This document shows positions 9,619 through 19,312 of a stretch of DNA of 64,000 nucleotides, in pieces; position 1 is the first letter of the stretch, and the number at the start of each line of letters is the position of its first letter. Made by a program: the position numbers and the translations under genes. The stretch covers positions 68,274 through 132,273 of the forward strand of contig CAIUSP010000042.1 in assembly GCA_903901855.1 (NCBI GenBank). Direction: 5' to 3'. The DNA comes from an uncultured bacterium (GTDB taxonomy: Bacteria; Actinomycetota; Thermoleophilia; Solirubrobacterales; 70-9). The notes beneath the pieces are model-generated. The model was not told where the DNA came from and made no database searches. It saw only the letters and a list, made by a program, of their open reading frames with translations.

Positions 9619-9909
9619 TCAGCGGCACTTCGCCTGGAGTGCCACGAAGGTCTCAGGGTCGTTCAACTTCCGAGGCAATATCACCTTGATCCGGTGTGGC
9701 GGGGGACCGTGCTCGCAGGAGTGACCGAAGTACTGGCCGTACGGAAGGGAGGTGCACATCACATAGGCCGCCAACTGTCGGCCCGCTAACCTCGTGCCCC
9801 GACCCCCCGAAAACGACGCGTAGTGGTAGCCGGTCAACTCGGAGGCCGGCACCTCGACGGTGGCGTCCACCGTGTCACGGGCGATCGTTACGAGCGGATC
9901 CTGATCCAT
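9619..9909 (-). CDS. Hypothetical protein (96 aa) directly upstream of cydA
   Basis: ORF with coding-like GC3, 36 nt upstream of cydA on the same strand. No family recognised. Confidence 0.45.
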   Translation of the reverse strand: MDQDPLVTIARDTVDATVEVPASELTGYHYASFSGGRGTRLAGRQLAAYVMCTSLPYGQYFGHSCEHGPPPHRIKVILPRKLNDPETFVALQAKCR

Positions 9910-9962
9910 GAGGGGAGCCTAGAAGAGCGGGCGAACGGCAGCATGGGCTATCGTCACGCTCG

Positions 9963-10424
9963 ATGTCGAAGGTCATCTTCCATACCAACACCGGCGACGT
10001 GTCGATCGAACTGTTCGACGCCGACGCGCCGAAGACGGTCGAGAACTTCCTCAAGCTGGCCGGGGACGGCTTCTACGACGGCCTGATCTTCCACCGGGTC
10101 ATCCCGGACTTCATGATCCAGGGCGGCTGCCCCGACGGCACCGGCACCGGCGGCCCCGGCTACACCTTCGAAGACGAGTTCAACGATCACAAGATCGTCA
10201 AGGGCGCACTGGCGATGGCGAATGCCGGACCCGATACCAACGGCTCACAGTTCTTCATCGTCACCACCGACGCAGCCCCTTGGCTCGACGGCAAACACAC
10301 CGTGTTCGGGGAAGTCACCGACGGTATGGACACCGTCTTCGCGATAGAGAAGACCGAGACCGGGCCCGGAGACAAGCCGGTCGTCGATCAGGTAATCGAG
10401 AGCGTCGAACTCGTAGAGGAGTAG
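9963..10424 (+). CDS. Cyclophilin-type peptidyl-prolyl cis-trans isomerase
   Basis: [34 protein letters not shown] and HTVFGEV motifs. Confidence 0.9.
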   Translation: MSKVIFHTNTGDVSIELFDADAPKTVENFLKLAGDGFYDGLIFHRVIPDFMIQGGCPDGTGTGGPGYTFEDEFNDHKIVKGALAMANAGPDTNGSQFFIVTTDAAPWLDGKHTVFGEVTDGMDTVFAIEKTETGPGDKPVVDQVIESVELVEE

Positions 10425-10430
10425 CCGGCA

Positions 10431-10724
10431 GTGGGTCTGGGAGACAAGATCCACAAGGCGAAGGAGGAGTTCGTCGAACCCCACGCCGACGGGATCTCCG
10501 AGCTGAAGGTAGGCGACCCCTCCTACGACGACTGGTCGGTGTTGCGTGACTTCTCGGATCTGGAGACCGCCAGGGCATTCCGCCAGCAGCTCGAGGAAGC
10601 CGGCCTGAAGGCAGTGCTCACCGCTGACGCCGAGCCCGACGGCTTCGGCCACGGGGACATTGCGCTGCGCGTACCTCAGAGCGACTACGCCGAGGCGTCG
10701 AACTTCCTCGAGCCCGAGCTGTAG
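10431..10724 (+). CDS. Hypothetical acidic protein (97 aa)
   Basis: GTG start with a GAGGAG SD 9 nt upstream. High GC3. No family recognised. Confidence 0.5.
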   Translation: MGLGDKIHKAKEEFVEPHADGISELKVGDPSYDDWSVLRDFSDLETARAFRQQLEEAGLKAVLTADAEPDGFGHGDIALRVPQSDYAEASNFLEPEL

Positions 10725-10749
10725 AGGAGAGTCACCCCACGGTCAGACG

Positions 10750-11667
10750 ATGAATCCGAAGCCCTTCAAACGACCGACGATCACGAGCCTGCTCATCGCA
10801 GCTGGCATCGCGCTGATCGCAACAGGTGGAGCCTTTGCTGCGGTCAAGGCGACGAGTGCAAAGCGCCAGGCTCTGGCCGAGACCGACTCGGTGGTTGGCG
10901 CCTCAGGCAAGACGCTCGGACTCTCGCGGGTAGTGGTGCCTCCAGGTACGAAACTCGCGCTCCACCGCCACGAGGGAACGCAGATCGCGCGGATAGTCAA
11001 GGGCACCCTGACCTACACAGTTGTCTCGGGGTCAGCCTCGCTCTACGACGGCGAACCGGGAAATGACGCCGCCCTAAGAAACGAGATCGATGCCGGCGAG
11101 ACGGTCAAGGTGACAGCCGGACAGTGGCTGATCGAGCCACCCACCGATATCCACCGAGCTGCAAACAAGGGCAGGACGCCGATCGTGATCCTGCTCTCCA
11201 CGCTGTTCTCGAATGGTGCTCCTCCGTCGATTCCAGTCGATCCCGGGACCCTCGAAGACATCGCGCCGACCCGCGCACCTCTCGCCGAGGCTGCGTACAA
11301 GTCACCGAAGCGCGTAGGGCGCTACCTGACCAATAAGTTCTTCCGCCTCTTGGTGGCAAAGGATCGGCGGGGGTTGCGCAAGTTCCTCGCGAAGGGATTC
11401 CAGATCGAGCGCGCTGACGGCACTGGCATTACCGGAGCCGAGAACTACATCGCCGATCTCCCCAACGTGAAGCGATTCCGACTCAGTGGGTTCCGCGCCT
11501 CGCGATCAGGAAGGGCTCTGATGGTGCGTTATTCCTCGCAGGCGACCGAGTCGTTGAATCAAGCGCCGATCACCACCAGCAAAGCACCCCGCCTCAGCAC
11601 CTTCATCTGGTCCGGCAAGCGCTGGCGGATGACCTCCCACTCGAACTTCGCAGTGCTACCGAATTAG
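10750..11667 (+). CDS. Exported cupin-domain protein with C-terminal NTF2/SnoaL-like (DUF4440-like) domain
   Basis: ATG 10750 gives a signal/TM segment ITSLLIAAGIALIATGGAFAAVKA. Cupin core HRHEGTQIARIVKG...IHRAANKG. The C-terminal ~110 aa resemble NTF2-like folds (inference). Confidence 0.6.
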   Translation: MNPKPFKRPTITSLLIAAGIALIATGGAFAAVKATSAKRQALAETDSVVGASGKTLGLSRVVVPPGTKLALHRHEGTQIARIVKGTLTYTVVSGSASLYDGEPGNDAALRNEIDAGETVKVTAGQWLIEPPTDIHRAANKGRTPIVILLSTLFSNGAPPSIPVDPGTLEDIAPTRAPLAEAAYKSPKRVGRYLTNKFFRLLVAKDRRGLRKFLAKGFQIERADGTGITGAENYIADLPNVKRFRLSGFRASRSGRALMVRYSSQATESLNQAPITTSKAPRLSTFIWSGKRWRMTSHSNFAVLPN

Positions 11668-11684
11668 GGACCAAGAGCAAGATC

Positions 11685-13994
11685 TCAGCGGGTTCGCGTG
11701 TTGCTGATCTCGTAGACAGCCAGCCTCGTCGAGACTACGCCGCTCGTCCTGAGATCGCTGACGATGCGCGATCCCGCCGGCAGGCCGGCAAGGAATTCGC
11801 GGAGCAGATACGCATCGGGGGTACCCGGCTTGCCCAGTCGGTCGGGAGCCACCCCATGACGCACGACCAGGAACAGCCTTCCTGATCTGCTTCGGGCGGA
11901 GGCCCGGGCGGCGACCCGCTCCGGATCGGGCACCGGCAGAGGTCGGACCACGCCCGGAACCTGTCCGTCCTTCGTCAACTGACGGATCGTCGGCATTCCG
12001 ATCCGATAGACGGGGAAATCGGTCGAAGACCGCTCGCCTCGTGAAGCCCTCAATTCGACCTCGAGTCCCTGAAGGGCGCCGCTAGTGGCGTAGGGCAGGT
12101 CCACCACCGGATCACCCGCGGTGCCGCGGGTCTCGATGAAGGAGATGATCCGGGAGTAGTCGGGGCGGCGCTGATCGGCGGTGACGGACCTGACACCCCC
12201 CAACGCCATCGCACCGATGACGACGATCACGAGGATCGCCCTCAGTCTGGGACGTGCGGCGCACACGACCATCCCGGAGAAGAGGGCTAGTCCTGGCCAT
12301 GAGGAGATCAGGTTCCGAGGGAGGAAGACCGAGGGCGCGAGCAGGCTGTAGAGAGCAGCACCCAGAGGTGCCGCTATCGCCAGGATGAGGACCAGTGTCT
12401 GATAACGGTTCGGGCGCACGTTGCCTCTCGAGAGGCGGTCGCCCGCGGCGATCACGAGGGCGAGGCAGAACGCGACAGCGGCGGGGATACCGTTGACCAG
12501 TTCGAACTCGGCTGTAACCCCGTTGCCGAAGATCCAGTTGCTGGTGAAGATCGCGAAAGTCTCTGCGTCGAAGGGGAATCGATACTCGATCAGCAGGCTC
12601 CCCGCCGAAGAACTCTCGGCCAGGAAACCCGGAAACCATGGGAGGAAGAGCAGGAACGCACCGATGACCGCGAGCGCGAGTGGACCTCGACGGTCCTTCA
12701 GCACCACGAAAGCCCAGAGCGTTTGCGCGGCGAGGACGAATACGGCCGTGTAGTGGGAATACATCGCCAGTGCGATGAGGACCGCGTACAGGGCCCAGCG
12801 CGGGATGGATGACTTCCTCGACAGCGAGACGAGCACGAGAGTCGAACACAGTGCGAAGAAAGCAGCCGCCGCGTAAGCACGGGCCTCGGTCGAGTAGAAG
12901 ACCATCAAAGGGCTCGAGGCGACGAGGGCCGCCGCGACCAGACCGGGGCCTCGGCCGACCGTGCGGACACCGAGGAGCCAAGTCAGAGGAATCAGCGATA
13001 CTCCCGCCAGAAAAGAGGGGATCCTCAGCAGGTACGGCGAATCCCCGAGCTGCGAAAAAATCCAGGCAACCGCGAAATACAGAGGCGGAGTCGCTTCCTG
13101 GGGGCCCTTCACTATCGCGAGGGCTTCGCGCAGGCTGTGTCCCTCGACGATGAAGTAGGTGGACAGCTCGTCACCGAACAGCGGATCACCGAGCGAGGGC
13201 ACCCTGAGGAGGATCCCCGCCGCGGTGATGATCGCCAGCGAGAAGATCGAGAGGCGTCTCGATACCTCGTCGCGGAAGGGAAGCAACATCCAGAAGGCAT
13301 GGCGACAATGCTGGATGAATCCGATCTTGGGTCTTCCCTCGTAGCGTGCTCCCTTGGGGCAAGGAACATAGGTGCGGGACAGAGCACCGGAGGAGATCAG
13401 CCCTGCAGACCAGACCTGATCGAAGACAGGCAGCTCGATCATCGCCTTCGCTGTCGAGCCGGAAAAGGCCGCGAAGTTCCCGGTCGCGGTCTTGAATCCG
13501 GTCAGGAGTCTGAACAGGACGCGATACCCCGGATAGAAGAGCTGCATCGACAGAGCGCCACGGCGACGGCCCGTCCTCTTTGCGAGCACCACGCGCATCG
13601 GCTCCGAAGCAGGGCGATCGAGCTCGGACAGCAGCTTCGAGACGTCCTCGGGCGCATCTTCGCCGTCGGCGTCCATGGTCACGATCAGATCGTGATCATG
13701 TACCTCGGCAACCACCTCACGGACAGCGGCGACGATCGCCCGCTGGTTGCCGAGATTCCGTGGCGGGGTCACGACCATCACCTCTGGTGAGGGAGAGATC
13801 CGCTCGATCTCGGGGTCGGAGCCCGCTGAGTCGTCGAACACGACGAATCTCCTCTCCAATCCGCGAAAAGAAGGATCGGCGTCGAGCAATTCGTCGAGGC
13901 GCTGACGCAGAACCGTCCACGAGGGTACGTCGTGGAACACCGGACAGACGATCCAGAGTTTCCGAGCGGGGGAAGATCCGGCGTCGGCCATCAA
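11685..13994 (-). CDS. Fusion protein: N-terminal GT2 polyprenyl-phosphate sugar synthase (GtrB/ArnC/Dpm1-like) + C-terminal GT-C (ArnT/PMT-like) membrane glycosyltransferase
   Basis: N-terminal FVVFDDSAGSD and VTMDADGEDAP (DxD), plus KRTGRRRG...FY..YR.LFRLLTG....GNF typical of GtrB/ArnC. Then ~12 TM helices whose first loop is GDPLFGDELSTYF (a GT-C acidic loop), and a soluble C-terminal tail. Confidence 0.75.
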   Translation of the reverse strand: MMADAGSSPARKLWIVCPVFHDVPSWTVLRQRLDELLDADPSFRGLERRFVVFDDSAGSDPEIERISPSPEVMVVTPPRNLGNQRAIVAAVREVVAEVHDHDLIVTMDADGEDAPEDVSKLLSELDRPASEPMRVVLAKRTGRRRGALSMQLFYPGYRVLFRLLTGFKTATGNFAAFSGSTAKAMIELPVFDQVWSAGLISSGALSRTYVPCPKGARYEGRPKIGFIQHCRHAFWMLLPFRDEVSRRLSIFSLAIITAAGILLRVPSLGDPLFGDELSTYFIVEGHSLREALAIVKGPQEATPPLYFAVAWIFSQLGDSPYLLRIPSFLAGVSLIPLTWLLGVRTVGRGPGLVAAALVASSPLMVFYSTEARAYAAAAFFALCSTLVLVSLSRKSSIPRWALYAVLIALAMYSHYTAVFVLAAQTLWAFVVLKDRRGPLALAVIGAFLLFLPWFPGFLAESSSAGSLLIEYRFPFDAETFAIFTSNWIFGNGVTAEFELVNGIPAAVAFCLALVIAAGDRLSRGNVRPNRYQTLVLILAIAAPLGAALYSLLAPSVFLPRNLISSWPGLALFSGMVVCAARPRLRAILVIVVIGAMALGGVRSVTADQRRPDYSRIISFIETRGTAGDPVVDLPYATSGALQGLEVELRASRGERSSTDFPVYRIGMPTIRQLTKDGQVPGVVRPLPVPDPERVAARASARSRSGRLFLVVRHGVAPDRLGKPGTPDAYLLREFLAGLPAGSRIVSDLRTSGVVSTRLAVYEISNTRTR

Positions 13995-14003
13995 TTCGAT
14001 ACC

Positions 14004-14297
14004 TCAGCCCGGGAGAGCAACCGCTGTCAATGTCTCGATCCGGTGCGCGACGACGAGTCCGGCGATCGCGTACGGGTCGGTGCGGGCGTAATCCTCGACC
14101 TCCTCGGGCGGGCAGTCGAAGACGAGGACGGCACCTGTGGGAGGGTCACCCGTGGCCCCTGCCATGAGGAGCCTTCCGTCCGCTTCCCACTCGGCCACCC
14201 GGGCGAGATGCGCCTCCCGGTGAGGGCCACGGCGCTCGAGCATGTCCGCTGGGTACTCGTAGGTGAGCAGTTGCAGTTGGCGTGGCTCGGGAAGCAC
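14004..14297 (-). CDS. YciI-like protein
   Basis: 97 aa from GTG 14297. LLTYEY...HREAHLARV...GRLLMAGA...DPY...GL resembles the YCII domain. The longer ORF start would overlap the upstream gene. Confidence 0.65.
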   Translation of the reverse strand: MLPEPRQLQLLTYEYPADMLERRGPHREAHLARVAEWEADGRLLMAGATGDPPTGAVLVFDCPPEEVEDYARTDPYAIAGLVVAHRIETLTAVALPG

Positions 14298-14308
14298 GGG
14301 TTCGGTTA

Positions 14309-14647
14309 CTAGCTCTCGAGGGCCTCGGGGATGAACAGGGCGAGATGCTGATCGATCGTCTGCCTCACCCACTCCTGCTCTGCGGGCGAAGCCATCCGGA
14401 ATCGCCCCAGCAGCATCGCCTGATCTTCCAACGGCAGGCCGGCGATCACCCAGTCGACCACGAGATGTTCGAAGAGCATCTCGTAGCGTCGTCGCCAGAC
14501 GTCGTCTGCAGTGTCGGCGGCGTGTGCAGGCCCGGACGAGATTTTCGAGATCGTCCGCCGAGACAGGGTGCGCCGCAGCACGAGCTGGTTACCCTCGGCG
14601 TCGCTGTAGACCTCGGTGGGTGACTTCTCACGTTTGCGCTTGGGCAT
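14309..14647 (-). CDS. Hypothetical protein (112 aa)
   Basis: This is the 3' part of the 544-aa track ORF. Only the segment from ATG 14647 is free of the opposite-strand aminotransferase gene. Basic N-terminus MPKRKREK. Confidence 0.45.
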   Translation of the reverse strand: MPKRKREKSPTEVYSDAEGNQLVLRRTLSRRTISKISSGPAHAADTADDVWRRRYEMLFEHLVVDWVIAGLPLEDQAMLLGRFRMASPAEQEWVRQTIDQHLALFIPEALES

Positions 14648-14722
14648 TGCTGGGTAGGAAAGCACCTCTGAAGTGGTTGTTGGCCTTCGCCTGACGCAGA
14701 TGAGTGGCAGAATCAGCCATCC

Positions 14723-15991
14723 ATGAGCAACCCACCGACGAAGACCAACTTCTGGCACCCGTTCGCGCCGATGGGTGCGGTCGACGGACACGAATTCGTG
14801 ATCGAGCGAGCAGACGACGTCTGGGTCTGGGACACCGACGGCAACCGCTATCTCGATGGCACCGCGAGCCTCTGGTATTCGAACATCGGCCACGGTCGAT
14901 CCGAGATGGCCGACGCCATCCACGACCAGATGGAGAAGATGGAGGCGTACTCCGCCTTCGGTGATCTTGCGAACCCGACGGTCCTGCAGCTCTGCGACAG
15001 GTTGGTCGACCTCTCCGAGGGTCGGATGGGGGAAGCGAAGGTCTTCCTGGGCGCTGGCGGGGGCGACGCGATCGACACCGCCGCCAAGCTCGCCAGGCGG
15101 TACTGGCAACTGTCGGGAGAGCCGGAGCGGGTCCACCTGCTCAGCCGAACCCAGGGCTACCACGGTACTCACGGATTCGGGACCGCCATCGCCGGGATCG
15201 AGCCGAACCGCGAGGGCCTCGGGCCGCTGATGGAAGAGACCGCCCGCGCGGCGCATCACGACATCCAGGCCCTCGAGGCAGAGATCGAACGGCTCGGGCC
15301 CGAGACGGTTGCCGCTTTCTTCTGCGAGCCGGTGATCGGCGCGGGAGGAGTCCATCCGCCGAGCGAGGGCTACATCGAGGCGATAGGAGAGATCTGCAAG
15401 CGACACGGGATCCTGCTGGTGATCGACTCGGTGATCTGCGGCTTCGGGCGGCTCGGAACCTGGTTCGGGTTCGAGCGCTGGGACATCGAACCGGACATGG
15501 TCACCTTCGCAAAAGGGGTGACCAGCGGGTACCTCCCGCTCGGCGGTGTGTTGATCAACCAGAGTCTGACTGGACCGTTCTGGGACGACCCGTCGGATCC
15601 ACCCTTCCGTCACGGTCAGACCTACGCAGGCCACTCCACCTGTTGCGCCGCTGCATTGAAGAACATCGAGATCATGGAGCGCGAGGGGCTGCTCGAGAAG
15701 GTGCTCGAGAACGAGAAGATCTTCTTCGATGCCTTCAGCGCATTGGATGGCCATGACGCCGTGGGCGAGGTTCGCGGCGGTGTCGGGCTGCTGGCGGCGG
15801 TCGGCCTCGATCCGGATCTGCTCGCCGAACGTCCCTCCGCTCCGGTCGAGCTGGGCAAGTTGGTCCGCGACCGCGGGGTGCTCGTGCGACCGCTCGGGGA
15901 CGGTGTCGCGGCCTCTCCCCCTCTGACCGCGGAACTCGAGCACTTCGGTGAGATCTCGTCTGCGATCGCGGCGGGCCTGGAGGAACTCTGA
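14723..15991 (+). CDS. Class III (omega) PLP-dependent aminotransferase
   Basis: WHPF N-terminus, GGGDAIDTAAKLAR, DSVICGFGRLG, and a TFAKGVTSGYLPLGG PLP-lysine motif. Confidence 0.85.
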   Translation: MSNPPTKTNFWHPFAPMGAVDGHEFVIERADDVWVWDTDGNRYLDGTASLWYSNIGHGRSEMADAIHDQMEKMEAYSAFGDLANPTVLQLCDRLVDLSEGRMGEAKVFLGAGGGDAIDTAAKLARRYWQLSGEPERVHLLSRTQGYHGTHGFGTAIAGIEPNREGLGPLMEETARAAHHDIQALEAEIERLGPETVAAFFCEPVIGAGGVHPPSEGYIEAIGEICKRHGILLVIDSVICGFGRLGTWFGFERWDIEPDMVTFAKGVTSGYLPLGGVLINQSLTGPFWDDPSDPPFRHGQTYAGHSTCCAAALKNIEIMEREGLLEKVLENEKIFFDAFSALDGHDAVGEVRGGVGLLAAVGLDPDLLAERPSAPVELGKLVRDRGVLVRPLGDGVAASPPLTAELEHFGEISSAIAAGLEEL

Positions 15992-16031
15992 TCGCGAGAC
16001 CTTCCGGCGGACAGCGTGTTTCAGGGGTCAG

Positions 16032-16943
16032 ATGACCACCGCCAAGAACAAGCTGATTACGGGTTTCGTATTCGCCACGGCACTCGCAGGGATGCTGCTC
16101 ACCCTCACCCTGTCCGAGGCCGGTGCCGCCGGTCAGCCGTGGACCGCTTCGAGAGATCACGCCAAGCTGACCAAGGTCTGGGCCGTCGGCGACGTGGGCG
16201 AGGGCGCGCTCGGCCAGTCCAACGCCGATCTGGTCTCCTCGAGGACGATGGAGTACCTGCTCGATCTGGGAGATGTCTATCCCTCCGGTACCGCGGCTGA
16301 CTTCGCCGACAACTACGACCCGACCTTCGGCCAGTTCAGCGCCAAGACGGTACCGGTCATCGGCAACCACGAGCACCCGACTCGGTCACTCGGCTTCGAT
16401 CCGTACTGGACAGCTGAGCGCGGATCTCCCCCTCCCGCCTACTTCTCCTTCGCCGCATCGGGTTGGCAGTTCATCGTGCTCAACTCGGAGATCCCGACCG
16501 GAGCCGGTTCAGCCCAGCACACTTGGCTGAAGAACCTCCTCGCCAACACCAAGTCCCGAGGCAACTGCCGGATCGCGCTGAGCCATCGTCCCCGCTACAG
16601 CGACGGCTCACACGGGGACCAGTCCGAGATCGAACCCCTCTGGGGGCTGCTCGCCAACAGGGCGAGGATCTGGCTTTCCGGTCATGACCACAACATGCAG
16701 CGCTTCGCATCGAACCGCGGCATCGTCCAGTTCGTATCCGGGGCGGGCGGTCGCAGTCACTACCCGCTCGACGAGCCGAGCACGACACCCCTGAAGTTCG
16801 GCAATACCAGCGCCGATGGAGCCCTCCGGTTGATCCTGAAACGCTGGCCAGGTCGAGCTTCCCGAGCGAGCTGGTCCTTCGTCTCCGCGGATGACGGCAC
16901 AGATCTCGACGCCGGCTATCTGGGCTGCAAGCGCAGACGCTGA
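16032..16943 (+). CDS. Exported metallophosphoesterase (calcineurin-like)
   Basis: ATG 16032 gives a signal peptide. GDVG, GDVYP, GNHE and GHDH metal-ligand motifs appear in order. Confidence 0.7.
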   Translation: MTTAKNKLITGFVFATALAGMLLTLTLSEAGAAGQPWTASRDHAKLTKVWAVGDVGEGALGQSNADLVSSRTMEYLLDLGDVYPSGTAADFADNYDPTFGQFSAKTVPVIGNHEHPTRSLGFDPYWTAERGSPPPAYFSFAASGWQFIVLNSEIPTGAGSAQHTWLKNLLANTKSRGNCRIALSHRPRYSDGSHGDQSEIEPLWGLLANRARIWLSGHDHNMQRFASNRGIVQFVSGAGGRSHYPLDEPSTTPLKFGNTSADGALRLILKRWPGRASRASWSFVSADDGTDLDAGYLGCKRRR

Positions 16944-16996
16944 GGAGAGGCCGCGATCACCTGCTCCGTCCAGACCGATCCAGATAATTCCACTCA

Positions 16997-17197
16997 ATGC
17001 TCTGCGCAATGACCGGCCGTGAACATCGCCTCTTCTGGATGCGCTCGGCATGGTGGTGCCGGGACTGTCGCCAGAAGATCGAGTCGTGCTGCGAGGGGGG
17101 CGGGTGTCCATCTGTGATCGAGGCGACGGGCGGTTCCGTCGGTCCGCCAGCCGGATCACCGGCTCCGGATCGAGACCGTTCAGTCACCCGCTCCTGA
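16997..17197 (+). CDS. Candidate small Cys/Trp-rich protein (66 aa), possibly leaderless
   Basis: Sits in an otherwise empty 236-nt gap. [19 protein letters not shown] cluster. GATAAT -10-like hexamer at 16983-16988, 8 nt before the ATG. GC3 is coding-like in the first ~45 codons. The 3' end overlaps the purE stop by 18 nt. Confidence 0.3.
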   Translation: MLCAMTGREHRLFWMRSAWWCRDCRQKIESCCEGGGCPSVIEATGGSVGPPAGSPAPDRDRSVTRS

Positions 17198-17698
17198 TCC
17201 GTTCTCCATCTCTGCCCTTACACGGGCGTCTCCTTCTCTCGCACGCTCGACCAACTTCGCCTGACCGTCCGAGACCGCAGCCCTCACCGCCTCGTCGCCC
17301 GCGCCGATGATCCTCGCTGCAAGCAGACCGGCGTTTCGGCCAGCGCCGATGGCAACCGTGGCCACCGGAACCCCAGATGGCATCTGCACGATGGAGAGCA
17401 GCGAATCGAGCCCGTCGAGATCTTTCAAAGCGACAGGCACTCCGATCACGGGCAGCGGCGTGCACGCCGCGAGCATCCCCGGCAGGTGCGCGGCGCCCCC
17501 TGCGCCGGCGATCAGCACGCGTAGCCCCCTGCCCTCAGCCTCGGAGCCGTAGGCGACCATCTCGTGCGGGGTTCGGTGCGCCGAGACGACACGAACCTCG
17601 TGAGGTACACCGATCTCCTCGAGTGCCTCAGATGCTGGTCGCATCGTCTCGAGGTCAGAGTCGCTCCCCATGACTATTCCCACCACCGGTTCAGACAT
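17180..17698 (-). CDS. purE: N5-carboxyaminoimidazole ribonucleotide mutase
   Basis: [18 protein letters not shown] and [11 protein letters not shown] motifs. Confidence 0.92.
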   Translation of the reverse strand: MSEPVVGIVMGSDSDLETMRPASEALEEIGVPHEVRVVSAHRTPHEMVAYGSEAEGRGLRVLIAGAGGAAHLPGMLAACTPLPVIGVPVALKDLDGLDSLLSIVQMPSGVPVATVAIGAGRNAGLLAARIIGAGDEAVRAAVSDGQAKLVERAREGDARVRAEMENGSGAGD

Positions 17699-18887
17699 CC
17701 TCTACCTCCTCGCTTCTATTGCCCTCAAGGATCATCACGGCTGCGAGCGCGGAATCGCGGGCCGAGTCGAGGTCGGGCCCACGAACTGTGACGTGACCGA
17801 GCTTCCTGCCCGGGCGGGCCTCCTTCCCGTAGATGTGGAGATGGGCGCCAGGTACCCCGGCTGCCTCCGCCAGGCGAGACCTCGGATCGCTGCCGTCTGA
17901 GGGACCCACCACGTTGACGGTAACCACTGCTGGCGCCGTCAATTCCGTACTCCCGAGTGGCCAGCCGAGAACCGCCCTGAGGTGCTGCTCGAACTGCGAA
18001 GTCTCAGTCCCCTCGATCGTGAAGTGGCCCGAGTTGTGAGGACGAAGGGCCAATTCGTTGATCAGCAGATCACCATCGACGACGAACATCTCCACCGCTA
18101 CGACGCCGTGCGAATCGGTTGCCTCGACGATCGAGATCGCCAACTCCTCGGCCCTCTGGCGCAAGGCCTCGGGAATGGGAGCCGGAACGAGGATCTCCCT
18201 GCACATCGCCTCGCGCTGGACCGTCTCCGCGACCGGGAAGGCACGGGTCTCACCAGTCGTGGAGCGGGCAACGACGACCGCGAGCTCACGCTGGAGTTCG
18301 AGCTTCGGCTCCAAGAGCAGGCCAGCGGCGAGGCGCTCGGCAGGAACCGGCTCCGCCCGCTCGTCATCGACCATCCAGACGCCCTTTCCGTCGTAGCCAC
18401 CGGTCGGTGCCTTGGCGACCACCGGCCAGCCGTACTCATCACCGAAGTCCGCGACCTCTTCGCTCGAGTGCACCAACCTGAAAGGGGGTAGCGGAAACCC
18501 GAGTTCCCCCAACCTCTCCCGCGCATACGACTTGTCCTGAGCAAGGCGTTTCGATCTGGCGGACGGAACCACCGTTACTCCCTCGTTCTCGAGCTGTTCG
18601 ATGATTTCGGAGGGAACATGCTCGTGGTCGAAGGTGAGGACCTCTGCACCTTCTGCGAGGCGACGCAGGTCGGTGATCTCGTCAGGCGTGCCGATCAGGT
18701 GATCTGCGCCCGCGTGAACAGCGGCCTCGTCCGGGTCCGTTGCGAGGACTCTCAGTTCCACTCCAAGATCGATAGCGGCTCGATGGGTCATCCGCGCGAG
18801 TTGCCCGGCGCCGACCATTGCTACGCCAAGACCGCTCGATTTCCCTGTCGGGACACCCGGTGCAGATCCGTTCGTCACCTCGACCAC
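17691..18887 (-). CDS. purK: N5-carboxyaminoimidazole ribonucleotide synthase
   Basis: ATP-grasp protein. [10 protein letters not shown]-terminus, 8-nt overlap with purE, and C-terminal YGK...RPGRKLGHV. Confidence 0.9.
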   Translation of the reverse strand: MVEVTNGSAPGVPTGKSSGLGVAMVGAGQLARMTHRAAIDLGVELRVLATDPDEAAVHAGADHLIGTPDEITDLRRLAEGAEVLTFDHEHVPSEIIEQLENEGVTVVPSARSKRLAQDKSYARERLGELGFPLPPFRLVHSSEEVADFGDEYGWPVVAKAPTGGYDGKGVWMVDDERAEPVPAERLAAGLLLEPKLELQRELAVVVARSTTGETRAFPVAETVQREAMCREILVPAPIPEALRQRAEELAISIVEATDSHGVVAVEMFVVDGDLLINELALRPHNSGHFTIEGTETSQFEQHLRAVLGWPLGSTELTAPAVVTVNVVGPSDGSDPRSRLAEAAGVPGAHLHIYGKEARPGRKLGHVTVRGPDLDSARDSALAAVMILEGNRSEEVEDV

Positions 18888-19267
18888 CGACCAACCGTTT
18901 CGGCAGTTGTAGATAGAACGGGGTTTGTCTCGGGCACGGCTACTCGCATCGCAGCGGGCGTCGCGATGTAGGAAGCACTTGCAGCCAACGTGGCGAGTAG
19001 CGCCGTGTCACCAGCACCGAGTCCTATCACGGTTCCGAGCAAGACGCCGATCGGCCCGCCTACCAACGGCATGGCCATGGCGAAGACGATCGGCCGGACC
19101 CCTGCCTCCTCGAGCGCACCGATGCGGCTGAAAACCAGGAGTCCCGTCTCGAGCAAGGAGAGTGCCAGCCGCCGGTAGAGCAGGTGAAGGGAGGAGCCAC
19201 GAAGAAGCCGTCGAGATCCTGCAGGCCATGCGCTCGCAAGATCGACCCAGAGGCTCCCCTGCGGCAC
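18875..19267 (-). pseudogene. Probable remnant (C-terminal third) of an SbtA/DUF897-type sodium-dependent bicarbonate transporter family permease
   Basis: 130-aa ORF. LSLLETGLLVFSR...PLVGGPIGVLLG...LLATLAASASYIATPAAMRVAVPETNP matches my recollection of the conserved C-terminal helices of ~320-aa DUF897 permeases. No N-terminal two-thirds is present in any frame upstream. Confidence 0.4.
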
Positions 19268-19312
19268 CCATTGGTCCGGGCCCTGAGTGACGCGAAGACC
19301 GAAGCCTGAGTT

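Noticed and set aside
14648-15943. Upstream 432 codons of the 544-aa minus-strand ORF
   Set aside because: It overlaps the clearly real class III aminotransferase on the plus strand. Only the last 112 codons (14309-14647) lie in otherwise non-coding space and were kept.
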